Position numbers and translations under genes: made by a program. Positions 37,039-45,418 of a DNA stretch of 64,000 bases are shown in pieces. Position 1 is the first letter of the stretch; each line of letters starts with the position of its first letter. Below the pieces are notes generated by a model. That model had not been told where the DNA came from, did no database searches, and was given only the letters and a program-made list of their open reading frames with translations. Source of the stretch: Candidatus Marinacidobacterium sp. (GTDB lineage Bacteria > Acidobacteriota > Vicinamibacteria > Marinacidobacterales > Marinacidobacteraceae); the NCBI GenBank assembly GCA_965204755.1, contig OZ242011.1:1-64000 (forward strand), written 5' to 3'.

Positions 37039-38216
37039 AGGTGCTCTGGATCGATCCGCTGAACACGAACCCGCACTTCGTGAACCTCCTGTCGCTCGCG
37101 CTCGGCGACGCCGGGCACGAGGTCGAAGTGTGCTCGGTCGTCCGCGAGGGGCATCCGCCGCCGCCCGGAGTCCGCTGGTCGCCGTTCATGCGGTTCCGCC
37201 CTCCCCCGTCCTCGCTGAAGAAGAGCGCGCTGACCACGCTCCGCGCCCTCGCGTCCTACCGCTTCTGCTGGCGCCGGGCGATCCGCAAGGCGCGGGCGGC
37301 GGGAGCGGGCTCGGTGCTGGTTACCACGAACCTGACCCTCTGGCGGAGCGACACGCGGGCGGTCCGGCGCCTCCGGCGGCTGGGCATCGCCCCGGTGGTC
37401 ATCGCGCACCGCCCCTACCAGGGGGTCTTCGAAGACCCCCTGGGCGAGCGCGCCACCCGGTTCGGCGGCTTCTACCGCTCGGCGGCGCGCATCCTCACCA
37501 TGACCTCCTTCGTCCGGGAGTGGATCGAGGCCAACTACCACCCGGCGCCGGCGCCCGTCCAGTTCCCGCACCCCCACTTCGGCCCCCTGCTGGATCGGGT
37601 TTCGGCGGACGAGGCCCTCTCCCGCCGACTCGCCGCCTGGGCCGGCGGCGCGCCGGTGATCGGCTTCCTGTCGAACATGCGCCCCGAACAGGGCCTGGAG
37701 GTCCTCCTCGCCGCCCTGCCCCGCCTCCCGGCGGAACTCGCGGACTGGCGGCTGCTCCTCGTTTCCTCCGGCGGAAGCCGCAGCCAGGTCGAGGCGGTCG
37801 AACGCCGCCTGGCGGAGAGCGGCTTCCGGGACCGCGTCTTCTGCCGCTTCGACACCTACTCGCCGCCGGAACTCAAGGCCTATGTCGAGGCCTCGAGCGT
37901 GGTCGCGACCCCCTACTCCCAAGCCACCCAGAGCGGCGTGCTCGCCCTCGCCGCCGGCGCCGGCCGGCCGGTGGTGGCCACCGAAGTGGGCGGCCTGCCG
38001 GAGATGGTGCGGCCCGGCGTGAACGGCGAATTGGCCCCCTCCCGGAGCCCGGCGGCGCTGGCGGCGGCGCTCGGGCGCGTCCTGGGCCGCCTCGACCGCT
38101 ACCGGGAAGGGTCCCTCGCCTGCCGCGAGGAGATCTATTCCCCGGGGAAGGCCGCGGCCGAGGTGGCCGACGCGCTCCGGGCGGCCGCCGCCGAAGCGGC
38201 GGCCGACCGGCCTTGA
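37035..38216 (+). CDS. Glycosyltransferase family 4 (GT-B)
   Basis: PY...TQSGV..LA..AGRPVVAT.VGGLPE.V..G.NG.L. Confidence 0.88.
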   Translation: MKVLWIDPLNTNPHFVNLLSLALGDAGHEVEVCSVVREGHPPPPGVRWSPFMRFRPPPSSLKKSALTTLRALASYRFCWRRAIRKARAAGAGSVLVTTNLTLWRSDTRAVRRLRRLGIAPVVIAHRPYQGVFEDPLGERATRFGGFYRSAARILTMTSFVREWIEANYHPAPAPVQFPHPHFGPLLDRVSADEALSRRLAAWAGGAPVIGFLSNMRPEQGLEVLLAALPRLPAELADWRLLLVSSGGSRSQVEAVERRLAESGFRDRVFCRFDTYSPPELKAYVEASSVVATPYSQATQSGVLALAAGAGRPVVATEVGGLPEMVRPGVNGELAPSRSPAALAAALGRVLGRLDRYREGSLACREEIYSPGKAAAEVADALRAAAAEAAADRP

Positions 38217-38295
38217 GTACCCGGACCGCGGGCCGGCGGCGGCGATTCCCCCGCGGACGGTAGGCAGTCGACGCGGCGAAGGGGCGGCGAGGGAG

Positions 38296-40491
38296 ATGAC
38301 GCCCGACCTCCCGCCGGGCTCGTCCCCGGCGCCCTCCGCGAACGGGGACGAGCGCTCCCTTTCCCGGAGGGCGCTCGATCGGATACGGGTGGCGGGCTGG
38401 CGCCTGGAGAGCGCCGTCCGCAGCCGCCGCCGGCGCGCCGGATCGGTCACTTCGGTCCCACCCGGCGGGAGTTCCCCGGCCGGGGACGCGGCCCCCTCGT
38501 TCGATCTCCGCGGCTACCACCCGGTCGGCTGGCGCCGGGCGCACGACGGCGGGATCGGGGCGCTCGGCCCGCCGCGCCTCCTGCCGCCGCCCCCGCGGGC
38601 GCTCGGCGCCGTCCGGGATGTGGCCGGCGCCGGCCTCCGGCGGCTGCGCCGCCTCCACCATGTCCGGGACGCCGCCGGGTTCCACGCGGACGCCGATCGG
38701 CGCGCCGCGCTCCTCGCCCGCCTGGCCGCCGCGGGCGTCCTGGTCCACGCCGCGGACGAAAGCCCCGAACTCCGGGCCCGGCTCGACCCGGGCCTCTACC
38801 GCCGGTTGCGGACCGACCCCGCCGCCCTCGAGGACAGCCGACGCGAACTCCACGCGGTGGATCTCCGGCGCGCGGCCCTCCGGCTCCACTCCGGTTGGGC
38901 CCGCTCCGGACTCGCGGGAGGCCCGCCGCTCCCCCGCGTGTCCGTCCTGCTCGCCACCCGGCGCCCGGGGCACCTCGACTGGGCGCTTTCCCAGGTCGCC
39001 GGGCAGACCTACCCGGAAACGGAACTCGTCCTCGGCCTCCACGGGAACGGGTTCGAGTCCTTCGACCCACGGGGGGGCCTCCTGCCCCCGGACGCGCGGG
39101 TGATCCGTATTCCCGCCGAGAAGACGCTCGGAGGCGCGCTCCGGGTCATGAGCGGCGCGGCCGCCGGCCCCCTGCTCGCGAAGATGGACGACGACGACCT
39201 CTACGGCCCCGACCACCTGTGGGACCTGGTGCTCGCCCGCGAGTTTTCCCGCGCGGACCTCGTGGGCAAAGGGACGGAGTACGTGTTCCTCGCGGGAGAG
39301 GACCGCACGATCCAGTGGTGGAACGGCGAAAGCGAGCGCTACCAGCGCACCGTCGTGACCGGAGGGGCCGTGCTCCTCTCCGCCGGGACGCTCGCGGCCG
39401 TCGGGGGCTGGCGCGACATTCCCCGCGGAGTGGACAGGGCGCTGGCGGACGATGTTCGCCGTGCCGGCCGCAGGACCTACCGGACCCACGGCGCCGGGTA
39501 CCTGATGGTGCGGCACGGCGCGGGCCACACTTGGGACGACGGGGACTCGAGCGACCGGCGCCTCCTCGAGCGCGCCGACCGGGTCTGGGCCGGTTTCGAC
39601 CCGTCGCGGGCCGGGATCGCCCCGCCCGGACGCGCCCATCCGGCGCTGACCGCCCCCCCCCCCCCCCCCCCCCCCCCCCTCCCCCGGCTGCTGAGGAAGG
39701 CCGCTGACGGAAACGGCCTTCCGCGCCCGGCCGCCGGGGCCGACGGCCTTCTTCCGCCGGCCGCCCGCGCGGCCGCCGCTCGCGGCTACCGCCTCGCCCG
39801 GCGCGCCGGGCGCTTCGCGCTCCGGACCGACCGCCGGCTGGGGGCGCGGTATCTCGCCGACGCCGACGAACCCAAACTGCACCTCGGCTGCGGCGGACAC
39901 CTGCTGGCGGGTTGGCTGAACACCGACCTGCACCCCCGGAGCCCGTCGGTGCTCCGCCTGGACGCGACCTCCCGGTACCCGTTCCCGCCGGCGACCTTCC
40001 GCCATGTCTATACGGAACACTTCATCCATTTCCTGTCGCTCCCGGAAGCCGCCGCCATGCTGGAGGAGTGCCGCCGGGTGCTGGTTCCGGGCGGCCGCCT
40101 CCGCGTCGCGACGCCGGACCTGGCGTTCCTGCTGCGGCTCGCGGACCGATCCCCCTCCGCCGACCCGGAGCGCCGGGAGGAGTCGCGGCGGCTCGCCGAC
40201 CGGTACGCGGCCTGGCAGAGCGCCCGACTCGGACTCCCGGCCGGGCCGAACGGCTTGGTCGTCAACGCCTTCCTGCGCCACTGGGAGCATCGGTTCATCT
40301 ACGACCGGGAAACCCTGAAGTGGATGCTCTCGAGGTGCGGTTTCCGCTCCGTCGTCGAATGCGGCCTCGACGAGAGCGGCGAACCCGCGCTCCGCGGCCT
40401 CGCCCACTCGGAGCGGCTGCCGCCCGGCTTCCTGGCCCTCGAAACCCTGACCCTGGAGGCGGAGCGACCGGTCGAGCCCCCCTCCGCCTGA
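38296..40491 (+). CDS. GT2-like glycosyltransferase fused through a poly-C/poly-Pro linker to a class I SAM methyltransferase-like domain
   Basis: VSVLLATRRP, KMDDDDLYGP.HL.DL; after the poly-Pro: KLHLGCG....GWLNTD, YTEHFIH, ECRRVL.PGG.LRVATPDL. Confidence 0.8.
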   Translation: MTPDLPPGSSPAPSANGDERSLSRRALDRIRVAGWRLESAVRSRRRRAGSVTSVPPGGSSPAGDAAPSFDLRGYHPVGWRRAHDGGIGALGPPRLLPPPPRALGAVRDVAGAGLRRLRRLHHVRDAAGFHADADRRAALLARLAAAGVLVHAADESPELRARLDPGLYRRLRTDPAALEDSRRELHAVDLRRAALRLHSGWARSGLAGGPPLPRVSVLLATRRPGHLDWALSQVAGQTYPETELVLGLHGNGFESFDPRGGLLPPDARVIRIPAEKTLGGALRVMSGAAAGPLLAKMDDDDLYGPDHLWDLVLAREFSRADLVGKGTEYVFLAGEDRTIQWWNGESERYQRTVVTGGAVLLSAGTLAAVGGWRDIPRGVDRALADDVRRAGRRTYRTHGAGYLMVRHGAGHTWDDGDSSDRRLLERADRVWAGFDPSRAGIAPPGRAHPALTAPPPPPPPPLPRLLRKAADGNGLPRPAAGADGLLPPAARAAAARGYRLARRAGRFALRTDRRLGARYLADADEPKLHLGCGGHLLAGWLNTDLHPRSPSVLRLDATSRYPFPPATFRHVYTEHFIHFLSLPEAAAMLEECRRVLVPGGRLRVATPDLAFLLRLADRSPSADPERREESRRLADRYAAWQSARLGLPAGPNGLVVNAFLRHWEHRFIYDRETLKWMLSRCGFRSVVECGLDESGEPALRGLAHSERLPPGFLALETLTLEAERPVEPPSA
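39653..39679 (+). repeat. C27 homopolymer tract inside a CDS
   Basis: 27 consecutive C followed by TCCCCC. Confidence 0.9.
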
Positions 40492-40534
40492 ACCCCCGAC
40501 CGCCGTCCGGGCGCTCGACCGGGCGGGATGACCG

Positions 40535-40597
40535 TAGAATTCCACCCGTAAACAGCGGCGGACGAACGGCCCCCGCCGGCGGACGAACGACCCCCGC
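40535..40597 (+). promoter_or_regulatory. Putative -10 box TAGAAT followed by a 21-bp direct repeat in the leader
   Basis: TAGAAT at 40535; CGGCGGACGAACG(G/A)CCCCCGC at 40556 and 40577. Confidence 0.45.
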
Positions 40598-40621
40598 CGG
40601 CCCCCGCCGCCCGCCTCCCGC

Positions 40622-40849
40622 ATGGCCCCGTTTCCTCCCCACCTCTACATCGGCCCCGGCGCCGGCATCGGCGCCGTCGGCGCGATGTTGGCCCTGCTGG
40701 GGGCGTTCCTGCTGATGGTCGTCGGCCTCGTCTGGTATCCGGTGAGACGCCTTCGGGAGTGGCGCCGAGGAACCCGCGGCGGCGAGCGGCCCGGGCCCGG
40801 CGCGCCGCCCGCCGAAGACCGACGGCGCCGCTCCGGGTCCGGCAGTTGA
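40622..40849 (+). CDS. Small membrane protein with YIGPGAG motif
   Basis: YIGPGAG, then a hydrophobic helix, WYP.RR and a basic tail. Confidence 0.7.
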   Translation: MAPFPPHLYIGPGAGIGAVGAMLALLGAFLLMVVGLVWYPVRRLREWRRGTRGGERPGPGAPPAEDRRRRSGSGS

Positions 40850-41229
40850 CGGCCGCCTCCGCGCTCCTCGCGGCGGTGCTCTTCCTGCTCGCGCTCCGCC
40901 GCGCGCGGGTCGGGCGCTCCGCCCTCGAAGCGGCGGCCCTGGCCCGGGAAGCCTTCGCTTCGCTCGCCGCCCCCGGGCGGAGCGACGAGGAGAAGGCCCG
41001 ACTCGCCCGCCGGCGCTCCCTCGGGCTGCTGAAGCAGTCCGGGCGGATCACCGGGCGTCTCCTCGCCGCGGCCGCCGCGCCCGCGCTCCTGCTGCTCGCG
41101 TTGGACGCGGCGGGGATCTCCCGGTTGGCCGACGCCGCGGCGCTGCTCGCGAAGTGGGAAACCACGGTCGCCATCGGCGCCGCCGCCGCTGCCGCCGCCC
41201 TCTTCCACCGGCGCCGGGCCGCAGCCTGA
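40846..41229 (+). CDS. Hypothetical membrane protein upstream of the sulfotransferase
   Basis: TTGA overlap; three hydrophobic segments; SDEEK..LARR..L.L motif. Confidence 0.6.
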   Translation: MTAASALLAAVLFLLALRRARVGRSALEAAALAREAFASLAAPGRSDEEKARLARRRSLGLLKQSGRITGRLLAAAAAPALLLLALDAAGISRLADAAALLAKWETTVAIGAAAAAAALFHRRRAAA

Positions 41230-41452
41230 GCGGCCCGTGGAGAAAGTCCGGAGAGCCCCCGTCGGCGCGAAGCGCCGACCGGGGAGGGGTGCGGGGAGGG
41301 GGTGGCCCCCTCCCCGCGATAGATGGCGGGGGGAATCGCGCAGCGATTCGCGCCGCCGGCCCGTGGGAAGAGCGCCCCGCCGCAAAGCGGAACGCGGACT
41401 TGGCGCCCTCGCGTCGAGGAGTGGACGGCGGGGCGCTTTTTCCACGGGCCGC
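41230..41452. mobile_element. MITE-like non-autonomous element with terminal inverted repeats and TGA target duplication
   Basis: Left GCGGCCCGTGGAGAAA, right TTTTTCCACGGGCCGC; TGA on both flanks (41227-41229 and 41453-41455); second partial copy at 16538-16636. Confidence 0.78.
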
Positions 41453-41463
41453 TGAGGCGCCCC

Positions 41464-42651
41464 GTGGGCGTGCCCCACGAGGCCCGGTACTCCCGGTCGG
41501 CCCGGCTCCTCCACCGGCTGGCCTTCGCCTCCCCGGCGGCGCAGCGAGGCCTCGCGGACCTGGAGGAGCGCCTGTTCGCCGGGCGGCTGGCCGCCGTAAC
41601 CGTGGAGCGCCCGGTCTTCGTCGCCGGCGTCCCGCGCGCCGGGACGACCCTGCTGCTCGAACTGCTGGCCGCCCTCCCCTCGTTCGTCTCCCACGCCTAC
41701 CGCGACCTCCCGTTCCTGTTCGCGCCGCTGCTCCAGGACGCGCTCACCCGAAGGTTCCGCCGACCCGGCGCCGCCTTCCCGCGCGCCCACGGCGACGGGA
41801 TGACCGTGGCGTTCGACAGCCCGGAGGCCTTCGAGGAAGTCCTCTGGCGCGCCTTCTGGCCGGAGCGCTACCGGGGCGACCGGATCGGGCCCTGGGCGGC
41901 GGAAGACGCCGAGGCCCGCCCCGAATTCGGGAGGTTCCTCGCCGCCCACCTGCGGAAACTCGCCGCGCTCCGCGCCCTACCGCCGACACTGCCGCCGACA
42001 CTGCCGCCGGAAACCGCCCGGCGCGCCCGCCGCGCCCGGTACCTCTCCAAGAACCACGCGAACCTCGCCCGCCTCCCGCTGCTCGCGCGCCTGTTCCCGG
42101 ACGCCGCGCTCCTCGTCCCCTTCCGGGCGCCGCTCGCCCAAGCCGCCTCGCTCCTCCGCACCCATCTCGCCTTCGAGCGGATGCACGCCGCCGAGCCGTT
42201 CTCCCGGCGCTACATGCGCGACCTCGGCCACTACGAGTTCGGCGCCAACCTCAAGCCGTTGACCTTCGGGGCCCGGCGGTCGCCGCGAAACGGCCCGAAC
42301 GGCGCGCCGGACGCTCCGGCGGCGCGCCGGAGGCTCCGGGAGGATGCCCGCTCAGCGGACTACTGGCTGCGTTACTGGCGGGACGCCTACGCCGAAGCGC
42401 TCCGCGGGCCCGCCGACCGGATCGCGTTCAGCGACTACGACCGCTGTTGCGCCGCTCCCGACCCCGCCCTCCGCCGGCTGGCCGACCGCCTGGGCCTCCC
42501 CGGCCCGGAGGCGGATCGACTCGCCGCCGACGGCCTCCGCTTCCGGTCGCCGAACCCGCCTCCGGACGACTTCGCCGCCCGGGTTTCCCCCTCCCTCGTC
42601 GGCGAGGCGCGCGCGATCCACCGGGAACTCGTCTCCCGTTCCGTCACCTGA
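41464..42651 (+). CDS. Sulfotransferase family protein
   Basis: PAPS-binding loop PVFVAG.PRAGTTLL, DSPEAFEEV.W, YLSKN..N..R, PFR.PL.QA.SL; GTG 41464 or 41470. Confidence 0.88.
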   Translation: MGVPHEARYSRSARLLHRLAFASPAAQRGLADLEERLFAGRLAAVTVERPVFVAGVPRAGTTLLLELLAALPSFVSHAYRDLPFLFAPLLQDALTRRFRRPGAAFPRAHGDGMTVAFDSPEAFEEVLWRAFWPERYRGDRIGPWAAEDAEARPEFGRFLAAHLRKLAALRALPPTLPPTLPPETARRARRARYLSKNHANLARLPLLARLFPDAALLVPFRAPLAQAASLLRTHLAFERMHAAEPFSRRYMRDLGHYEFGANLKPLTFGARRSPRNGPNGAPDAPAARRRLREDARSADYWLRYWRDAYAEALRGPADRIAFSDYDRCCAAPDPALRRLADRLGLPGPEADRLAADGLRFRSPNPPPDDFAARVSPSLVGEARAIHRELVSRSVT

Positions 42652-42718
42652 CCGGACGCCCCCCGAACCGCCTCCCCGCTCCCCTGTCACCCCCCGGCGC
42701 AGACCCGCGGGTCGGACT

Positions 42719-42838
42719 TCACCCGGCGCCACAACGCTTCGGCCGCCAGGCGATGGGCCGCGACCGGCGAGGGGCTTGGGCGGTGGCGAGGGCCGGGGAG
42801 AAGGAAACGACCGGAGCGGTCGCCAGGAAGTGCTTCAT
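42719..42838 (-). pseudogene. Short ORF or remnant of a secreted protein gene
   Basis: GAGGAGG RBS before ATG 42838; MKHFLATAPVVSFSPALATAQA resembles an eroded signal peptide; stops at 39 aa. Confidence 0.35.
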
Positions 42839-43019
42839 CGGAGTTCCTCCTCGACGGAACGGAAGCGGGCGGTTGAGATTCAGGCCGGGAGGCCGTCGGG
42901 GAGGACGCCCGGGCGCGGAGCGCGATCTCCAAGGCCGCGCCGACCGCCGCCAGTCCGACCGCCGTCCGGAACACATTCGCGGCCGGTAGCCGGAGAGCGC
43001 GGCCCGCGAACCGACCCGC

Positions 43020-45362
43020 TCAGCCTCCCGCGGGTCCGCGCCCTCCGGCCGGCGCCCCCTTCCCGCCGGGCGCCGGGTCGCGGGCCGCGTCGATCATCGG
43101 ATCCGGGCGGTCGGCGAACCGGGCGCCGCGCGCCCAGCGGAGATAGTCCGCGGTCTGCGCCATGCCCCGGGAGAGATCGAAGGCCGGCTCGTAGCCCAGC
43201 AGGCGGCGGGCCTTCCCGATCTCCACCAGGCACCGGGAGGAGTACTCCTCGAGGTGGCGCGGCCGCGGCAGCGTCTCCGACGGCGTCTCCGACGGCTCGC
43301 GCACCAGCGCGCGGACGCCGCCGCGGCGGCGCCGGGTCGCCCGAACCGTCCGGACCGCCGGAACGAGGCCGCTCGACAGCCGCCGGCGTCCTCCCAGCAT
43401 CGCGCGTTTCGCCCGCCCGAGGACGCGGCGCAGCCCGGGCCTCCCCCGCGCCGCCGCGGCCAGCCGCGCGCCGAGCGTCGGGGCGATGAGCGCCCGGATC
43501 TCCGCCTCCGACCGGTAGCGGACGCCGTGGCCGGCGCCGACCGCGTCGGCGTACCCGGAAAAGAACTCGCCCCAGGTGGGGTGCTCCGCGCCGGAGACCA
43601 GGATGGTCTCGCCGGCCGCCTCCTCCCTCACCGCGGCCGCCAGGAGGGCGGTCACCACATCTTCCACATGGACCGCGTTGCAGATGCCGTCGCCCGGCGC
43701 CGGCAGGACGAGCGGCCCGCGCGACAGGGCCGCCGCCGGGTGTTCGGTCCAATAGGTGGAGAACGGGCCGTAAACGATGGTCGGCTGCAGCACCACGAAC
43801 TCCAGCCCGTCCTCCCGCCCCATGCGGGCCAACTCGCGTTCGCAGGCGGCGTTCGCCCCCCGGTAGCGGGGGTCGCCCTCGCCGGGCGCCGACTCCGAGA
43901 GCGGCCCCTCCGGGTACGGGCCGTACACCGTGTACGAACTGGTGAAGACCAGCCGGACGCCGTGTTCGGCGCAGGCGGCCCCGAGGCGGCGGACGCCGGC
44001 GATGTTCGACTCGGCCGAGTCGAGGTCGATGGCGAGGTGGAAGACCGCGGCGCAGCCGGCGACCAGTTCCCCGACCGGGGCGCCGGCGTCGGGCGCCCCC
44101 AGGTCGAACTCCCGGAGTTCCACCACTTCCGGCGGGAACCGGGCGAGCCGCGGCGCGGCGCGAAACCGCCGAACCGCGGCGCGCGCGCGGGCGCCTCCCC
44201 GCGCGAGCCGCTCGACCAGCCGACCGCCGATGAAACCGGTCGCGCCGGTGACCAGGAAGGTCTTTCCCGCCAGCGGGAGCGGGGCCGCGGACGCTCCCCG
44301 CGACCGGCCTTCCTCCCGCGTTCCCCGCCACGGCTGCGTCTGCGCCCGCCGGCGGAGGCGGCAACGCTCCAGCAGTTCGACGACCGGAAGCGCCGAGGCG
44401 CCCGGGGTGAACGGCTGCCGGCCCTCCCGGATGGCCGACCGCCAGTCGGCGAGCAACAACTCCCCCGGCCCGCCGGGGCTCCACATGCCCTCGCCGAGGC
44501 GCGCGGCGCCCCGGTGAACCTCGAACCTCCGATCCCGCAGCGAATCCGGCGACAGGGCCAGGAACTCGTTCCGGGTTCCCCGGACCTCGAGGCGGCCGCA
44601 AGTCCCCTCGAGGACGATCGTGTCCGGGAGATTCCTCATCCGGCTCAGTTCCACGACGGCGCGGGTTCCCCGCTCGAAGAGCAGGTCGAGCCGCGCGTCG
44701 GCCTCGAGCCCGCCCTCCCCGTCATCGGCGCACTCCACCCGGCGCACCGGCCCCAGCCACCAGAGCAGCAGGTCCAGCAGGTGCGGCCCTTTGTCCAGGA
44801 GCACTCCCTCGCCGCAGGTCGGGAGGCTCGCGTTCCAGTACGAAGGCGCGTTCCAGGTCGCTCCCGGAGGGGACGCGACGGCCCGCCGGGAGAGCCAGGA
44901 CGATCCGTCGCTCGCGACCGCCGATTCGATGTCCCCGAGCGCGCCGCTCGCGATCGCCGCCGCGATCCAGCGGTGGACGAAGAGGAAGCGGCGCTGGTGG
45001 GTTACCGAAAGGCAGGCGCCCGAAGCCGCCGCCGCGTCCACCAGCCGCCGGGCGTCGGCGGAATTCGTCGCCAGGGGCTTCTCCACGAGGACATGGATCC
45101 CGGCCTCGAGCAGCGGCAGGGCGAGCGGGGCGTGGAGTCTCGGCGGCGCGGCCACGACCGCCGCCTCGACTTCGCCCATGACGCCCGACGCCTCCGGCGC
45201 CGCCCGGGGCGTCTTCCAGCGGCGGGCCAACTCGCGGGCGCGGTCGAGGTCGGGGTCGATGAGTACGGAGGGCCGCCACCCGAGCCGGGCGAGGGACGGC
45301 AGGTATCCGTAGGTGGCGACGGCGCCGCAGCCGATGACGGCGAGACGGGGCGAAGCGGCCAT
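43020..45362 (-). CDS. Gfo/Idh/MocA oxidoreductase fused to an NAD-dependent epimerase/dehydratase
   Basis: AVIGCG, HVLVEKPLA, G.LLD.GPHLLD; then LVTGATGFIGGRL, LVFTSS, PTIVYGP, VHVEDV. Confidence 0.88.
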   Translation of the reverse strand: MAASPRLAVIGCGAVATYGYLPSLARLGWRPSVLIDPDLDRARELARRWKTPRAAPEASGVMGEVEAAVVAAPPRLHAPLALPLLEAGIHVLVEKPLATNSADARRLVDAAAASGACLSVTHQRRFLFVHRWIAAAIASGALGDIESAVASDGSSWLSRRAVASPPGATWNAPSYWNASLPTCGEGVLLDKGPHLLDLLLWWLGPVRRVECADDGEGGLEADARLDLLFERGTRAVVELSRMRNLPDTIVLEGTCGRLEVRGTRNEFLALSPDSLRDRRFEVHRGAARLGEGMWSPGGPGELLLADWRSAIREGRQPFTPGASALPVVELLERCRLRRRAQTQPWRGTREEGRSRGASAAPLPLAGKTFLVTGATGFIGGRLVERLARGGARARAAVRRFRAAPRLARFPPEVVELREFDLGAPDAGAPVGELVAGCAAVFHLAIDLDSAESNIAGVRRLGAACAEHGVRLVFTSSYTVYGPYPEGPLSESAPGEGDPRYRGANAACERELARMGREDGLEFVVLQPTIVYGPFSTYWTEHPAAALSRGPLVLPAPGDGICNAVHVEDVVTALLAAAVREEAAGETILVSGAEHPTWGEFFSGYADAVGAGHGVRYRSEAEIRALIAPTLGARLAAAARGRPGLRRVLGRAKRAMLGGRRRLSSGLVPAVRTVRATRRRRGGVRALVREPSETPSETLPRPRHLEEYSSRCLVEIGKARRLLGYEPAFDLSRGMAQTADYLRWARGARFADRPDPMIDAARDPAPGGKGAPAGGRGPAGG

Positions 45363-45418
45363 CGGAGCGGCGGACAGGGTAGCGAAGGCGAGGCCCGGAT
45401 CCGGCCCGGCCCGGCGAC

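Noticed and set aside
41237-41463. 72-aa ORF in the MITE and the sulfotransferase start at 41323
   Set aside because: Both lie in non-coding repeat DNA; sulfotransferase similarity begins only after 41464
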